Positions 47,760 through 58,559 of a stretch of DNA of 64,000 nucleotides are shown one piece after another. Position 1 is the stretch's first letter, and the number at the start of each line of letters is the position of its first letter. The DNA comes from an uncultured Prevotellaceae bacterium (GTDB lineage: Bacteria > Bacteroidota > Bacteroidia > Bacteroidales > Bacteroidaceae). The position numbers and the translations under genes were made by a program. The DNA is taken from NCBI GenBank assembly GCA_902800495.1, contig CADCET010000011.1:4118-68117 (forward strand). Reading direction: 5' to 3'. The notes below the pieces were generated by a model. It saw only the letters and a list, made by a program, of their open reading frames with translations, searched no databases and was not told the DNA's origin.

Positions 47760-48710
47760 ATGGACGAGTGTAAATGCCTTTACTGCTACCAGGAACTGAA
47801 GCCCGGACAACAGGACTTCCATCCTGCCTGTGCGCGCCGATTCTTCGGCAGCGGAGGCGTACCCGTACTGCCCTATTCGCGCCGGAACATCAACGAACTG
47901 GCTCGCGAGGTGATAGAGAGCCACACCACCGTCACCGGCGTGCAGCCGAAACTGTCGATGGACATCAACCGCGGCGGGCGCGACGAGCCAGACCGTCTGA
48001 CCATTGTCGGACTATGGGGACGGTATATTCTGAAGCCCAAGTCGGACACCTACCCTTGGCTACCCGAAGACGAAGACCTGACCATGCACTTAGCCACACT
48101 GGCACGCATCCAGGTGGTGCCCCATGCACTCATCCGCTTCAGCGACGGCGAACTGACCTACATCACGCGACGCATAGACCGCGACGACGACGGTAGGAAA
48201 TACCTCATGGAGGACGCCTGCCAACTGAGCGAACGGCTGGCCAGCGACAAGTACAAGTCGTCGTACGAGAACGTAGGAAAGCTGATACGCAGCTACTCGT
48301 CTATGCCGCAGCTCGACGTAGTGAACTACTGGGAGGTGGTGGTATTCTCATGGCTTACCGGCAACTCCGACATGCACCTGAAAAACTTCTCGCTCTTCTG
48401 TCGCATACCAGGACTCTACACACTGACACCTGCTTACGACCTGCTGAACGTACACCTGCTCTTCGACGACCCTGAGGAACTGGCACTGACACTCGACGGG
48501 CGCAAACGGAAAATCAACCGTCAGAACTTCGTCAACGCCATGCGAACCACAGGACTGGACGATAAGGTCATAGACAACATCTTCGCTAAGTTCCAGAAGT
48601 TACAGTCGCGCTGGGAAGCATTCATTGACCAGAGCTTCCTGCCTCAGGAATTGTGCGAACGCTACAAAGCCGAGATTGCCGCCCGATTAGCAATTTTGGC
48701 AAAGGAATAA
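47760..48710 (+). CDS. HipA-family kinase (HipT-like)
   Basis: Gly-loop 'TVTGVQPKLS', 'YILKP', 'MED.CQ', 'GNSDMHLKNFS', 'LTPAYDL'. Confidence 0.88.
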   Translation: MDECKCLYCYQELKPGQQDFHPACARRFFGSGGVPVLPYSRRNINELAREVIESHTTVTGVQPKLSMDINRGGRDEPDRLTIVGLWGRYILKPKSDTYPWLPEDEDLTMHLATLARIQVVPHALIRFSDGELTYITRRIDRDDDGRKYLMEDACQLSERLASDKYKSSYENVGKLIRSYSSMPQLDVVNYWEVVVFSWLTGNSDMHLKNFSLFCRIPGLYTLTPAYDLLNVHLLFDDPEELALTLDGRKRKINRQNFVNAMRTTGLDDKVIDNIFAKFQKLQSRWEAFIDQSFLPQELCERYKAEIAARLAILAKE

Positions 48711-48859
48711 AGGACGGTAGCCGACAACAAGAAGCGTCAATAACGCAATTTGCCGCCATCAAAACAAATTCTTGCGTTAAAAAAAACAAAAAAACACTCT
48801 CCCCGCTTTTTCTCAATAATATTTCCGTATATTTGTAGCGACAAAAACAACGGCTAGTT

Positions 48860-49321
48860 ATGAGAAAACTTCTGATTCCACTTTTGTTTGTTTGCAGCAG
48901 ACTCACCATTTCTGCCCAAACACAGATACTCGTTTTGCATCATGCTGACAAGACGACGACAGAGGTAGAACTGTATACCCAACCGATAATCACCTTCGAA
49001 GGCGACCGGATGGTCATCGCCTCGTCCGTGCTACATCTGTCTTTTCAGGTGGGCGACGTCGTCCGCTTCTCATACAGAGACAAGAACACGAACACAGCCG
49101 TCAGACAGCCTGACGCTGATTATACACAGCAGAACGGGATGATGGTGTTCAACGGCATAACAGATGTCAGCAAGATTAACCTCTACAAGTCAGACGGAAG
49201 CCGTGTGCCCGTACATTTCTGTTCGTACGACGGGCATCTGGCTTTTTCTCTCTCTTCGCTTCCTACGGGCGTCTATATCCTGAGCATCAATGGTAAAACC
49301 GCGAAAATCGTACGGCCATGA
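48860..49321 (+). CDS. Small secreted protein with a T9SS-like C-terminal domain
   Basis: Signal peptide and C-terminal 'LSSLPTGVYILSINGKTAKI'. Confidence 0.65.
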   Translation: MRKLLIPLLFVCSRLTISAQTQILVLHHADKTTTEVELYTQPIITFEGDRMVIASSVLHLSFQVGDVVRFSYRDKNTNTAVRQPDADYTQQNGMMVFNGITDVSKINLYKSDGSRVPVHFCSYDGHLAFSLSSLPTGVYILSINGKTAKIVRP

Positions 49322-51897
49322 GAAAGGTACTTGTTTCATTATTGCTGGCGCTGACAGCTTTAACGGGCGCAGCCCAGACGGTTGGCGAGGCTATCTACTT
49401 TTATCGCAACGACGGCGGTTTCAACGCCTTTTTCCGTGCCGACATCGACAGCATCACCTATACCACCATAGCGGGCGACAGCACAGCTACCGACGTCATG
49501 ATGGTACAGAACATTCATACGCCCGACAGCACCTACGAGATTCCCCTGAACGCCATCGACAGCGTGAGTTTCGTCAATCCTGAGACCATCTTCCAGCCTG
49601 ATGTCATCAAGATGGATGCGGCGATGCTCAGCTATCTGCAGGCCGTTGACGGCATGACCCTTGTGTTCAGCAGTTCGATGCCGTCATCGCTACGCCCTAA
49701 GAAGGACGACTTGCTGCTGAGTGTCGACGCCACTAACCGCATGCTCAGCGACGGTTTCGCCGGTAGGGTGACGAGCGTTGGCGAGACGGCAGGAACCCTG
49801 CAGGTCGCCTGTGCTCGTGTTGAGGACGTCAGCGACATCTTCGTTCAGCTGATTGGCGTCGAGCGTATCGGCGACGACCAGCAGCAGGCACAGGCTCGAC
49901 GCTATTCAATGGGGACAGGAGACATTCAGAAAAAAACTGTTACACTTCCTCTTAACTACGATTCAGAGCCTCTTGAGGATGCTGAGTTTGCGTTGAGCGG
50001 TTCTCTCAACGGTACGGTATATGGCGAATATGCCTATTTCTTCAACCTCTTCAATCAGGTGGTCGATGTGACGCTTTACCACGAATGGGACTACTCCATA
50101 GGTGCTGATTTCAAGATTGAGAAGGACTTCGAATGGCCCAGCGAGACAAGTGTCTTCCAGGAAAAGACGCTCTTCAAGTTCCTGTTCCCTTTAGCAGCAC
50201 CCGTTTTTAAGGTTGAGCTGACGGGTACTCCCTTCGTGAGCGCTGAGGGCAGCATCGAGTCTGCATTCAACTATCAGAGCAGGAAATATCCCTACATCAC
50301 CCGCATCAAGTACGAAGACAAGAATGGCTTTCAGGGCAGTTACACAAAGCCCCTGAAAGAGTCGGGCGATGAGAACGAGCCATCGTTCGACGCGCAGATT
50401 TCCGTCAAAGGCTCCGTTATGGCGGGTGGAAAGCTGGGATTGTCGTTAGGCACTATCGACTTCTTTGGAGGTTATCTGCGCGCCAGAGCCGATCTCGCTA
50501 TAGGCCCGAAGATGGAAGCCGACATCCATCTGGAGGGTAACACGGACAATGGCTGGAACAACTTCTACAACGCACATAAAGACAATAAGCTGGAACTCGG
50601 ACTGGTAGCTGATATAGACATATACGGCGAAGCCAATTTCTGGGGCAAAGTCAAAGATAAGAAATCTGTCTTCCAGAAGACATTCCCATCGTCCTTTGCG
50701 TGGGAGTGGTATCTGCTGCCAGCGTTCGACAACCTCAAAGCCTACGGCATTAGCAATTACAATACTTATGCCAATGCATACTTCCACGCCTCCCGCAAAT
50801 GTCTGTTCCCTATCGAAGTGGGCGCTGCTGCCTATGATTGGAATAACGGTTATCTGGGCAGCTTCTACGATGACTACGCACCCAGACGTACCTACGCCAG
50901 TGAGGAAGCTGATTACGAAGTGCGACTCGAGGGACTGCCCAGTGGCAAGGTCACCGTCAGACCTGTTATCAGGCTTCTCGACCACGAGATACCTGTCCCC
51001 TCATCGACAGAACTTATCAAGGTAGAAACACTGCCTGGTGAGAATAATGGCGACGGGACATACACGTTGAGAGGAAAACTCTATGGCGGCGTTAAGGGAA
51101 ACTGGTATACCTTCACCTATGGTGAGACACGCAACCTGCTGACTGGTAGTGCTACAAGCGAAGTCTACTTTGTAGAGGCCTCACAGATAAATGCTGACGG
51201 CGAATACACGGCTACCATTCCCATTCCCGACTTAGAATACTTCCACTATGCGGCTGCAGTCACCACGCTCGACTATAAAGGCAGAAACAATTGGTTCAAC
51301 GGCGAGCCGATAAAGGTCACAATCGTGAAAGAGAATGAAGACAATCCTGACGAACCAACGCCGGGACAGATGGTCGACCTCGGTCTCAGCGTGAAATGGG
51401 CGGGCTGGGACGTTGGTGCCAGCAGTCCTGAGGAATATGGCGACTTCTATGCCTGGGGAGAGACGGAGACAAAGGACGAATACACGGAAGAGAACTATAG
51501 CCATTTCAATAATGGCAATATCGGCGGCAACTGGCGTACCACTGGACTGTATTGTAACATAGGTCGTGAAATCAGCGGCACGCAATATGATGCCGCCCGC
51601 GTCAAATGGGGAGGCACCTGGCGAATGCCCACCAAAGAAGAGGCCGAGGAACTGCTGATGCAATGTACGAAGAAAAAGGTAACCTATAAAGGCTACGAAG
51701 GATGGCTCTTCACGGGTCCCAACGGCAACAAGATTTTCCTGAGATCCAGAACTACACAGGGCAATTTCTGGACAGGTACATGGGGTGGCCAGACCACACA
51801 TGTGGCGTGGACAATCTTTGGCCATAACTCTTTCCAAGTCAGCAGAACGCATTGTTTCCTCTATATGGGTCTGCGCATCCGCGCCGTCTGCGACTAA
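49318..51897 (+). CDS. Large secreted protein with a C-terminal 'VDLGLSVKWA' (DUF1566/Fib_succ_major-like) domain
   Basis: Signal peptide, 'YRNDGGFNAF..ADIDSI', 'VDLGLSVKWAGWDVGASSPEEYGDFYAWGET', 'WRMPTKEE', 'GLRIRAV'. Confidence 0.75.
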   Translation: MRKVLVSLLLALTALTGAAQTVGEAIYFYRNDGGFNAFFRADIDSITYTTIAGDSTATDVMMVQNIHTPDSTYEIPLNAIDSVSFVNPETIFQPDVIKMDAAMLSYLQAVDGMTLVFSSSMPSSLRPKKDDLLLSVDATNRMLSDGFAGRVTSVGETAGTLQVACARVEDVSDIFVQLIGVERIGDDQQQAQARRYSMGTGDIQKKTVTLPLNYDSEPLEDAEFALSGSLNGTVYGEYAYFFNLFNQVVDVTLYHEWDYSIGADFKIEKDFEWPSETSVFQEKTLFKFLFPLAAPVFKVELTGTPFVSAEGSIESAFNYQSRKYPYITRIKYEDKNGFQGSYTKPLKESGDENEPSFDAQISVKGSVMAGGKLGLSLGTIDFFGGYLRARADLAIGPKMEADIHLEGNTDNGWNNFYNAHKDNKLELGLVADIDIYGEANFWGKVKDKKSVFQKTFPSSFAWEWYLLPAFDNLKAYGISNYNTYANAYFHASRKCLFPIEVGAAAYDWNNGYLGSFYDDYAPRRTYASEEADYEVRLEGLPSGKVTVRPVIRLLDHEIPVPSSTELIKVETLPGENNGDGTYTLRGKLYGGVKGNWYTFTYGETRNLLTGSATSEVYFVEASQINADGEYTATIPIPDLEYFHYAAAVTTLDYKGRNNWFNGEPIKVTIVKENEDNPDEPTPGQMVDLGLSVKWAGWDVGASSPEEYGDFYAWGETETKDEYTEENYSHFNNGNIGGNWRTTGLYCNIGREISGTQYDAARVKWGGTWRMPTKEEAEELLMQCTKKKVTYKGYEGWLFTGPNGNKIFLRSRTTQGNFWTGTWGGQTTHVAWTIFGHNSFQVSRTHCFLYMGLRIRAVCD

Positions 51898-51970
51898 ATC
51901 GGCTATTGAACACCCAGCGAATATCGAATACAACTATCATAACTCACATTTAAAAAAAACATTTTAGCGT

Positions 51971-52690
51971 ATGAAACAGAACATTTTCAAATCAGCTGCA
52001 CTTGCAGCAGTCATTGCGCTCACGGGCGCAGTATTCACCAGTTGCGGCGGAGGTAACGGCAGTAGCTCTGACAGCCAGGATCTGGCTGCCGACGGCATAC
52101 TGGGTTCATTCCCCCAGAAGTATTTCGAGTGTATGGACGGCATCAACACGGCCAGAGCTGATATGGCGGTAGGTACAGAAGAAGAACACGCAGCCGCCAA
52201 AGCGAAACTCGAAGAACTACAGGAACAAATGAAGACAATGGCAGAGACAGAGGGATTAGCCTCGATAGAGATTCCCACAGAAGTGGCCGAGGGCATTCCT
52301 TTCAAGGTGGTGAAACCGCTCGTCATTACAAACGTTGAAGACCGTCAGCTGACCCTCGAAGGCGAAGTAGAAAGTACGGAGGCCGTCGATCAGTACAAGG
52401 CCCTCAACTACGGATACGTGGTGGCCTACGACAAGGATGGAAAACCCTTTACCGTTGGTCAGCACGGACAATATGCTCCTGAGGACGGGAAACTCGACTG
52501 GGCAGCAGGCACCAAAGGCAAGCTGACCATCTATCTCTCCATCGCCACCTTCAATATTGAAGGCTTAGGGCGTCTGGGCAAACTGCTCATCGTAGATTCA
52601 AAGGCCGAAGCGTTGAAGGAGGCTGCTACTGCTATGTCGGAACTACAGTCGGCAGCTATGCAGAAGGCTCGTGAGGCTCGTGGAAAATAA
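51971..52690 (+). CDS. Hypothetical lipoprotein
   Basis: Lipobox 'FTSC' followed by a Gly/Ser linker. Confidence 0.75.
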   Translation: MKQNIFKSAALAAVIALTGAVFTSCGGGNGSSSDSQDLAADGILGSFPQKYFECMDGINTARADMAVGTEEEHAAAKAKLEELQEQMKTMAETEGLASIEIPTEVAEGIPFKVVKPLVITNVEDRQLTLEGEVESTEAVDQYKALNYGYVVAYDKDGKPFTVGQHGQYAPEDGKLDWAAGTKGKLTIYLSIATFNIEGLGRLGKLLIVDSKAEALKEAATAMSELQSAAMQKAREARGK

Positions 52691-52711
52691 CAAACAAAAA
52701 ACTTTCCAACT

Positions 52712-53881
52712 ATGAAGAAACTAACCATCTTATTAATAGCTGCGCTGGTGCCTATGATGGCATTTGCACAAGCTAAGCGCAAGCCTGCAGCAGGCAAGCC
52801 CGCTACGGCAGCGAAAGCAGCCAACAACAAGTTCGCCATCGTACTCTTCGACGAGTGGATTCAGAACGTGTACGAAGATGCTGGCAACATCTACTTCCAA
52901 GGCACCCAGTATGGCGATTTGAACACCCTTCGCGCCGCAGACAAACAGACGGGCGCCTTCCGTTTTGTCGTTCCCAAAAAGAAGAGTGACCGCTCAAAAA
53001 TTATCTGTTCAGGCTGTGACGGCACAAACATCTATATGCAGTTAGAGGCGAAGGGCATTGTGCGCTTTAATGGAACAGATGTCAACACCTCTGAGGTGCT
53101 GGTTCCCGAAGGCCCCAACGGACAAGAGACCTACTACATCTGGCCTGCCAACCGCGGCGAAGCCATGAGTTTCTCGCCCAACGCCAGGTTCCTGGCTATG
53201 AAGGCCGACCCCTGCATCGTTCTTGACACACAGACGAAGAAAGTGGTGCGTATGGTAAGACGCACGGAGGAAGGTTACCTGGTGACTGACAATGGTGATT
53301 TCTATGCCATACGCGAAAATGGCCTTTGGAAATACCCCAATAACGGCGGCGTACATCCCAGTGAGTTTAACAAACTCAACGAGAAAGGCATTGAGACGTT
53401 CAGTTTCCAGAAGCTGACGGGCAGCTACTATGGCGAATATCACGGCATGTATTCGGACGCCGTTCAGCAGGCCGTCTATCTGCCAGTAAAGAACAAGTTG
53501 CTGAAGTTCACGTTTGGCATCCAGCAGTGGAGCGAAGCCTATGCTTTCGACGACGAGGGCAAGGAGTTCGGCCGTATGGCCTTCTGCCCACAGCACATCT
53601 TTGCCTGCACGAGCGACTATGCCAAACCCTTCTGCGAATGGGCAGGCATGAACCTGACCACACAGCCAAAGACCATCGACAAGCTGAAAACAGGCATCAA
53701 ACTGGGCACGTCGCCCTACGAGCCGCCTTTCGATGTAACTCTTATGAAAAGCCTGTACTACGACACCCAGAGCAATCTCTGGATACAGGTCTCCGACAAG
53801 CAGTTCGTCGTCTACAACCCCGACGGCATCAAAGGACTAAGCAGTCTGATAGGCAAATGCACCAAGCACGAAATACAGTAA
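52712..53881 (+). CDS. Secreted hypothetical protein (possible beta-propeller)
   Basis: Signal peptide, K/A linker, beta-rich repeats, 'YYDTQSNLWI', 'YNPDGIKG'. Confidence 0.65.
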   Translation: MKKLTILLIAALVPMMAFAQAKRKPAAGKPATAAKAANNKFAIVLFDEWIQNVYEDAGNIYFQGTQYGDLNTLRAADKQTGAFRFVVPKKKSDRSKIICSGCDGTNIYMQLEAKGIVRFNGTDVNTSEVLVPEGPNGQETYYIWPANRGEAMSFSPNARFLAMKADPCIVLDTQTKKVVRMVRRTEEGYLVTDNGDFYAIRENGLWKYPNNGGVHPSEFNKLNEKGIETFSFQKLTGSYYGEYHGMYSDAVQQAVYLPVKNKLLKFTFGIQQWSEAYAFDDEGKEFGRMAFCPQHIFACTSDYAKPFCEWAGMNLTTQPKTIDKLKTGIKLGTSPYEPPFDVTLMKSLYYDTQSNLWIQVSDKQFVVYNPDGIKGLSSLIGKCTKHEIQ

Positions 53882-53898
53882 CAAAAGAAAAAATCGCC

Positions 53899-56523
53899 TC
53901 ACTTGCCTGAGACGATTTTTTTGATGTCGTTGAGCTTGTTGAGGGCTTCGAGAGGCGTCAGGTTGTTGACGTCGAGGCCTAGGATTTCGTCGCGCACCTG
54001 ACAGAGCACGGGGTCGTCCAACTGGAAGAACGAGAGCTGCATACCCTCGCGGCTGTTGGCAATCTCGGCCGTGGGTTTGCCCGCACTGCCCACCTGTGCA
54101 TTCTCGTTCTCCAGCTGCTTCAGGATGACGTTGGCACGCTTGACGATGCTGCGCGGCATACCCGCAATCTCAGCCACATGGATACCGAAGGAGTGCTCAC
54201 TACCACCCTTCTCCAGCTTACGCAGGAAGATGACCTTGCCGTCGACCTCCTTCACTGAGACATTGTAGTTCTTGATACGCGAGAAATTCTTCTCCATCTC
54301 GTTCAGCTCGTGGTAGTGGGTGGCAAAGAGCGTGCGCGGATGACCCGCCTTCACGTTCTCGTGCAGATATTCAACGATAGCCCAGGCTATCGAAATACCG
54401 TCGTAAGTCGACGTGCCGCGACCCAATTCGTCGAACAAGACGAGCGAGCGTGAGGAGACGTTGTTGAGGATGTTCGACGCCTCCGTCATCTCGACCATAA
54501 ACGTCGATTCGCCGAGCGAAATATTGTCGGAGGCGCCCACACGGGTGAATATCTTGTCCACTAAGCCTATTTTCGCGCTCTCTGCGGGCACGAAGCAGCC
54601 CACCTGGGCCATGAGTACGATGAGTGCCGTTTGACGCAGCAGCGCGGACTTACCGGCCATATTCGGACCGGTGATGATAATAATCTGCTGTCGCTCGTTG
54701 TCCAACAGGATATCGTTGGGGATATAAGGCTCGCCTATCGGCAGTTCCTGCTCGATGACGGGGTGGCGTCCCTGACGGATGTCGAGCACGCAGCTGTCAT
54801 CGATGACGGGCCGCACGTAGCGGTTCTCCTCGGCGGTCTTGGCAAAGGCCAGCAGACAGTCGAGGTGGGCCAGCAGGTTGGCGTTAATCTGTATCTGAGG
54901 GATAAAGTCCTGCATGGCAAGCACCAGCTCACTAAACAGGCGCGACTCCAAGGACAGAATCTTGTCCTCGGCACCCAGTATCTTCTCTTCGTACTCCTTC
55001 AGTTCCTGCGTGATGTATCGCTCGGCCTGCGCCAGCGTCTGCTTGCGCACCCACTCCTGCGGCACCAGGTCTTTATAGGTGTTGCGCACCTCCAGGTAGT
55101 AGCCGAAGACGTTGTTGTAGCCAATCTTCAGCGACTGGATGCCCGTCTGTTCGGCCTCGCGCTGCTGTATCTGCAGCAGGTAGTCCTTGCCCGAGTAGGC
55201 TATGTGGCGCAGCTCGTCAAGTTCGGCATTCACGCCGTCGCGAATCACCCCACCCTTCTGTACCAGCTGCGGCGGGTCGTTCTGTATTTCCCGTTCTATA
55301 CGGTCGCGCAGCGATTCGCAGAGGTTCAGCCGCTCCCCTACCCGCTTCAACGCGTCGTTCTTGGCATACAGACACGCCGTCTTGATGGGCTGTAAAGCCT
55401 GCAAGGCCACCTTCAGCTGCACCACCTCGCGGGGTGATACGCGCCCTACGGCCACCTTCGAAATAATTCGTTCCAAGTCCCCCACTCTATGCAGCTGGTC
55501 GTCGATACACTGGCGGAAGTCGGGTTCGCGGTAGTAGTACTCCACAATGTCGAGGCGCTCGTTGATGGGCCGCTCGTCCTTCAGCGGGAAGACGAGCCAG
55601 CGGCGCATCAGTCGCCCGCCCATCGGCGACACCGTGCGGTCGACGACGTCGAGCAGCGACTTGCCGTCTTCCTGCATCGGCTGTAGCAGCTCCAGGGAGC
55701 GGATGGTGAACTTGTCGAGACGGACGTATTTCTCCTCTTCTATACGCTGCAGCGACGTGATATGGGCTATCTGCGTGTGCTGCGTCAGCTCTAAGTACTG
55801 CAGGATGGCACCGGCGGCCACGAGACCGTTCTTCAGATGGTCGACACCGAAGCCCTTCATCGATTTCACACGGAAATGATTCAGCAGCTTCTGTAAGGCG
55901 CTTTGCTCCGTGAACACCCAGTCGTCAAGTTCAAAGGTAAAGAACTTCGAGCCGAAATGCTGCTCAAAGTCCTTCTTGTGCTGACGGTCCAGCAGCACCT
56001 CCTTCGGCTGCAGATTACCCAGCATCTTTTCTACATAGTCGTGGGTACCCTCACCCGTCAAGAACTCACCCGTAGAGATGTCGAGGAACGACACGCCACA
56101 GGCCGTCTTGCCGAAATGCACCGCACAGAGGAAGTTGTTCTCCTTGTAGTTCAGCACATTGTCGGACAGCGCCACACCGGGCGTCACCAGTTCGGTGATG
56201 CCGCGCTTCACGAGCTTCTTCGTCAGTTTCGGGTCCTCCAGCTGGTCGCAGATGGCCACGCGCTTACCGGCCCGGATGAGCTTCGGCAGATACGTGTCCA
56301 GTGCATGGTGCGGGAAACCCGCCATCTCGTCGCCCTTGTTGTAGCCGTTGTTGCGGTGCGTCAGCGTGATACCCAGTATGCCGGCTGCCGTCACGGCATC
56401 CTCGCAATAGGTCTCGTAGAAGTCGCCACAGCGGAAGAGCAGCACCGCGTCGGGGTGCTTCGCCTTCAAGTCGAAGAACTGCTTCATCATCGGGGTCAGT
56501 TCCTTGCCCTCTTTCTTTGCCAT
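53899..56523 (-). CDS. mutS: DNA mismatch repair protein MutS
   Basis: 'TPMMKQF', 'FRCGDFYE', '[10 protein letters not shown]', '[13 protein letters not shown]', 'FATHYHEL'. Confidence 0.98.
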   Translation of the reverse strand: MAKKEGKELTPMMKQFFDLKAKHPDAVLLFRCGDFYETYCEDAVTAAGILGITLTHRNNGYNKGDEMAGFPHHALDTYLPKLIRAGKRVAICDQLEDPKLTKKLVKRGITELVTPGVALSDNVLNYKENNFLCAVHFGKTACGVSFLDISTGEFLTGEGTHDYVEKMLGNLQPKEVLLDRQHKKDFEQHFGSKFFTFELDDWVFTEQSALQKLLNHFRVKSMKGFGVDHLKNGLVAAGAILQYLELTQHTQIAHITSLQRIEEEKYVRLDKFTIRSLELLQPMQEDGKSLLDVVDRTVSPMGGRLMRRWLVFPLKDERPINERLDIVEYYYREPDFRQCIDDQLHRVGDLERIISKVAVGRVSPREVVQLKVALQALQPIKTACLYAKNDALKRVGERLNLCESLRDRIEREIQNDPPQLVQKGGVIRDGVNAELDELRHIAYSGKDYLLQIQQREAEQTGIQSLKIGYNNVFGYYLEVRNTYKDLVPQEWVRKQTLAQAERYITQELKEYEEKILGAEDKILSLESRLFSELVLAMQDFIPQIQINANLLAHLDCLLAFAKTAEENRYVRPVIDDSCVLDIRQGRHPVIEQELPIGEPYIPNDILLDNERQQIIIITGPNMAGKSALLRQTALIVLMAQVGCFVPAESAKIGLVDKIFTRVGASDNISLGESTFMVEMTEASNILNNVSSRSLVLFDELGRGTSTYDGISIAWAIVEYLHENVKAGHPRTLFATHYHELNEMEKNFSRIKNYNVSVKEVDGKVIFLRKLEKGGSEHSFGIHVAEIAGMPRSIVKRANVILKQLENENAQVGSAGKPTAEIANSREGMQLSFFQLDDPVLCQVRDEILGLDVNNLTPLEALNKLNDIKKIVSGK

Positions 56524-56586
56524 CTGTCTTTATTTGATATTTAGAGCGCAAAGTTAACCCATTTCTGCCACATAACCAAATTTTAA

Positions 56587-56627
56587 CTCGTGAAAACGTA
56601 ACGGCCGCTCAGAAAAATCTCACGTCA
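56587..56627 (-). repeat. 21-bp repeat family, locus 3 (2 units, inverted)
   Basis: Minus strand reads tgacgtgagatttttctgagc, ggccgttacgttttcacgag. Confidence 0.7.
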
Positions 56628-58517
56628 CAACAGATAGCCGTGCTTCTTCAGCTGAATCTCAAACTTCTTGATGTCGTCCTGCTTCACCAAGATGCGATAA
56701 CCCTCGGCGCGGACGATCAACTGCCGCAATGACGGGTCGGTGGTGACGAGTTGTACCAGGTCGCGGTTCTGAGCGTCGAGCGTGTAGAGCTTGTAGCTGG
56801 TACGGTCTTCCTGCAGCGGATTACAATGCTGCAGCAGCGACTGGAAGAACTGCTTCCAGAGTGGGGGCAGGTCGTTGGAGATAAACTGCTGGAAGATCTT
56901 GATTTTCGACTCCACGTCGCTCTTGGTGTGGCAGCTGGAGAGGAACGAGAGGGCAGAGGTCTCAAAACGGTTCTTGGAGATGGCGATGCTGGTGTCTGTC
57001 AGCAGCTGGGCGTAGGGGTTAGGCTCTACAAGCGAACGGATGATGAGTCGCTCGGGGTCGAGTTCGAAGTAGGCGATGTGCTCCTGTTCAGGAGCATCGT
57101 AGTCGTTGGTCAGGTCTAAGGCATAACGGCCTAAGGGTGTGAGTCGGACGTATTCAACGGCATCGACGGGCGACAGGTTGAGGTTCTGGTCTTCGTTGAT
57201 GGCTATTTCCGCCACACCGACACTGGCCATGAGGAAGGCACACATCTGCAATCCCGTATAGCCGAACTCCATCGCATAGCTGTTGGCAGCTATCTGTTTT
57301 CCCGTGTATTCATTGATCATCTCTGTGTTCGACTGCTCGTCTCTCGGATAGAACACAAGGGTCGTGAAGCGCGAACTGTTCTCGCCATTCTCAAGGCCAA
57401 AAATCTTCAGGTAGATATCGCGTATGCTGACCCAGCGGTCGGACTCTTCGCGCAGCCAAGTGAGCATCTTGTGGCAGAGTTTACCGTGACGGCCGTAGTA
57501 GGTCATCTGCTGTCGCAGACCTTTGATGTGCGGATAGAGCAGGTTAAGCAGCCAATTGCCAAGAGATGAATACTCACAAAACAACGTGCGCATCACGTCT
57601 TCATACGACGGATTGCCGCTCTTGATAAGGAATTGCTTGGCAAGCGTCAGCTGCTGTATGTAGGAGAAGGCACGCAGATTGGTGCGGAACTCGGTGGTGT
57701 CGCCTGGGAAGAACTCGGTCAGCGCTAACTTTTTCTGGCCGCGCTTCATGTCGGCCGTGCCCACACCTTTCTTCTTCAGCGGGAACTCACCTTGCTGATA
57801 GAGTCCGCAGAACAGCTGATAGTGTACTTGGCTTTCGGCTTCGAGATTAATGGTTCGATAGTGACCTTCGGGCAGTTCGTTGAGTCCAACCTCCTCGTCG
57901 AAGGCTTCGGGGTAGAAGATAGGCAAGAAGAGGGCATGAACGGCAGGACTGACGGTAATGTAGCTCTCATAGTCGCGATAGCCATAGCGACTAAGTTCGG
58001 CTGAGCGGAAACTCTCCGTACTGAACCAGCCGTACTCACGTTTGTTCCAGACAACCTTGTCGCTATAGTAATAATACGACCGCTCCTGACTGAACAGGTT
58101 GCTGGTGGTCTTGAGTATCTTTTTGGCTTCCTTCTGGGTGACAAACACCTTGAAGAGTATCGTACGCCACAACTCTTTCATTTCGTCGCTCAACGAGTCG
58201 ACGTACAACTTCAGGTTCTCATCGCTGGACAGGATGAGGGCCACACCTTGGGCAATAACGTGTTTCGACGAATTGCTCTTCGTCATCAGCGTGGCCTCCG
58301 TAGCCTCAACGATACGTCCGTTTCGGGTGCGGCGCATCACCTTGCCATACTTGCTAATCCACGGGATGAACGCCTCGCCATAGTTGAGCAGCTGGTTTTT
58401 GTTGCAACGGCCCTCTAAGAAGCTGGTGATATCGCCCCAATGCTCGGCGGTAGGCTCTTCAAGCACGAGGGTAGGCAGCGTTGGAACGGTATTTCCGAAT
58501 ATATCTGTTTGTGCCAT
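56625..58517 (-). CDS. Hypothetical helicase-associated protein (C-terminal XPB/Helicase_C_3-like domain, tentative)
   Basis: 630 aa, directly downstream of SNF2. 'VRLTPLGRYAL' followed by a 'FETSALSFL...LPPLWKQF' segment. Confidence 0.55.
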   Translation of the reverse strand: MAQTDIFGNTVPTLPTLVLEEPTAEHWGDITSFLEGRCNKNQLLNYGEAFIPWISKYGKVMRRTRNGRIVEATEATLMTKSNSSKHVIAQGVALILSSDENLKLYVDSLSDEMKELWRTILFKVFVTQKEAKKILKTTSNLFSQERSYYYYSDKVVWNKREYGWFSTESFRSAELSRYGYRDYESYITVSPAVHALFLPIFYPEAFDEEVGLNELPEGHYRTINLEAESQVHYQLFCGLYQQGEFPLKKKGVGTADMKRGQKKLALTEFFPGDTTEFRTNLRAFSYIQQLTLAKQFLIKSGNPSYEDVMRTLFCEYSSLGNWLLNLLYPHIKGLRQQMTYYGRHGKLCHKMLTWLREESDRWVSIRDIYLKIFGLENGENSSRFTTLVFYPRDEQSNTEMINEYTGKQIAANSYAMEFGYTGLQMCAFLMASVGVAEIAINEDQNLNLSPVDAVEYVRLTPLGRYALDLTNDYDAPEQEHIAYFELDPERLIIRSLVEPNPYAQLLTDTSIAISKNRFETSALSFLSSCHTKSDVESKIKIFQQFISNDLPPLWKQFFQSLLQHCNPLQEDRTSYKLYTLDAQNRDLVQLVTTDPSLRQLIVRAEGYRILVKQDDIKKFEIQLKKHGYLL

Positions 58518-58559
58518 TCTTCAATCTTCAATCTTCAATGTTCAATCTTCAATCTTCAA
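58518..58559. repeat. (TCTTCAA)x6 heptamer array
   Basis: Fills the whole gap between the SNF2 stop and the partner gene ATG. Confidence 0.85.

Noticed and set aside
51360-51897. Diversity-generating retroelement target (C-terminal lectin-like VDLGLSVKWA domain)
   Set aside because: No reverse transcriptase and no template repeat differing at adenines was seen in the window. A remote DGR cannot be excluded.
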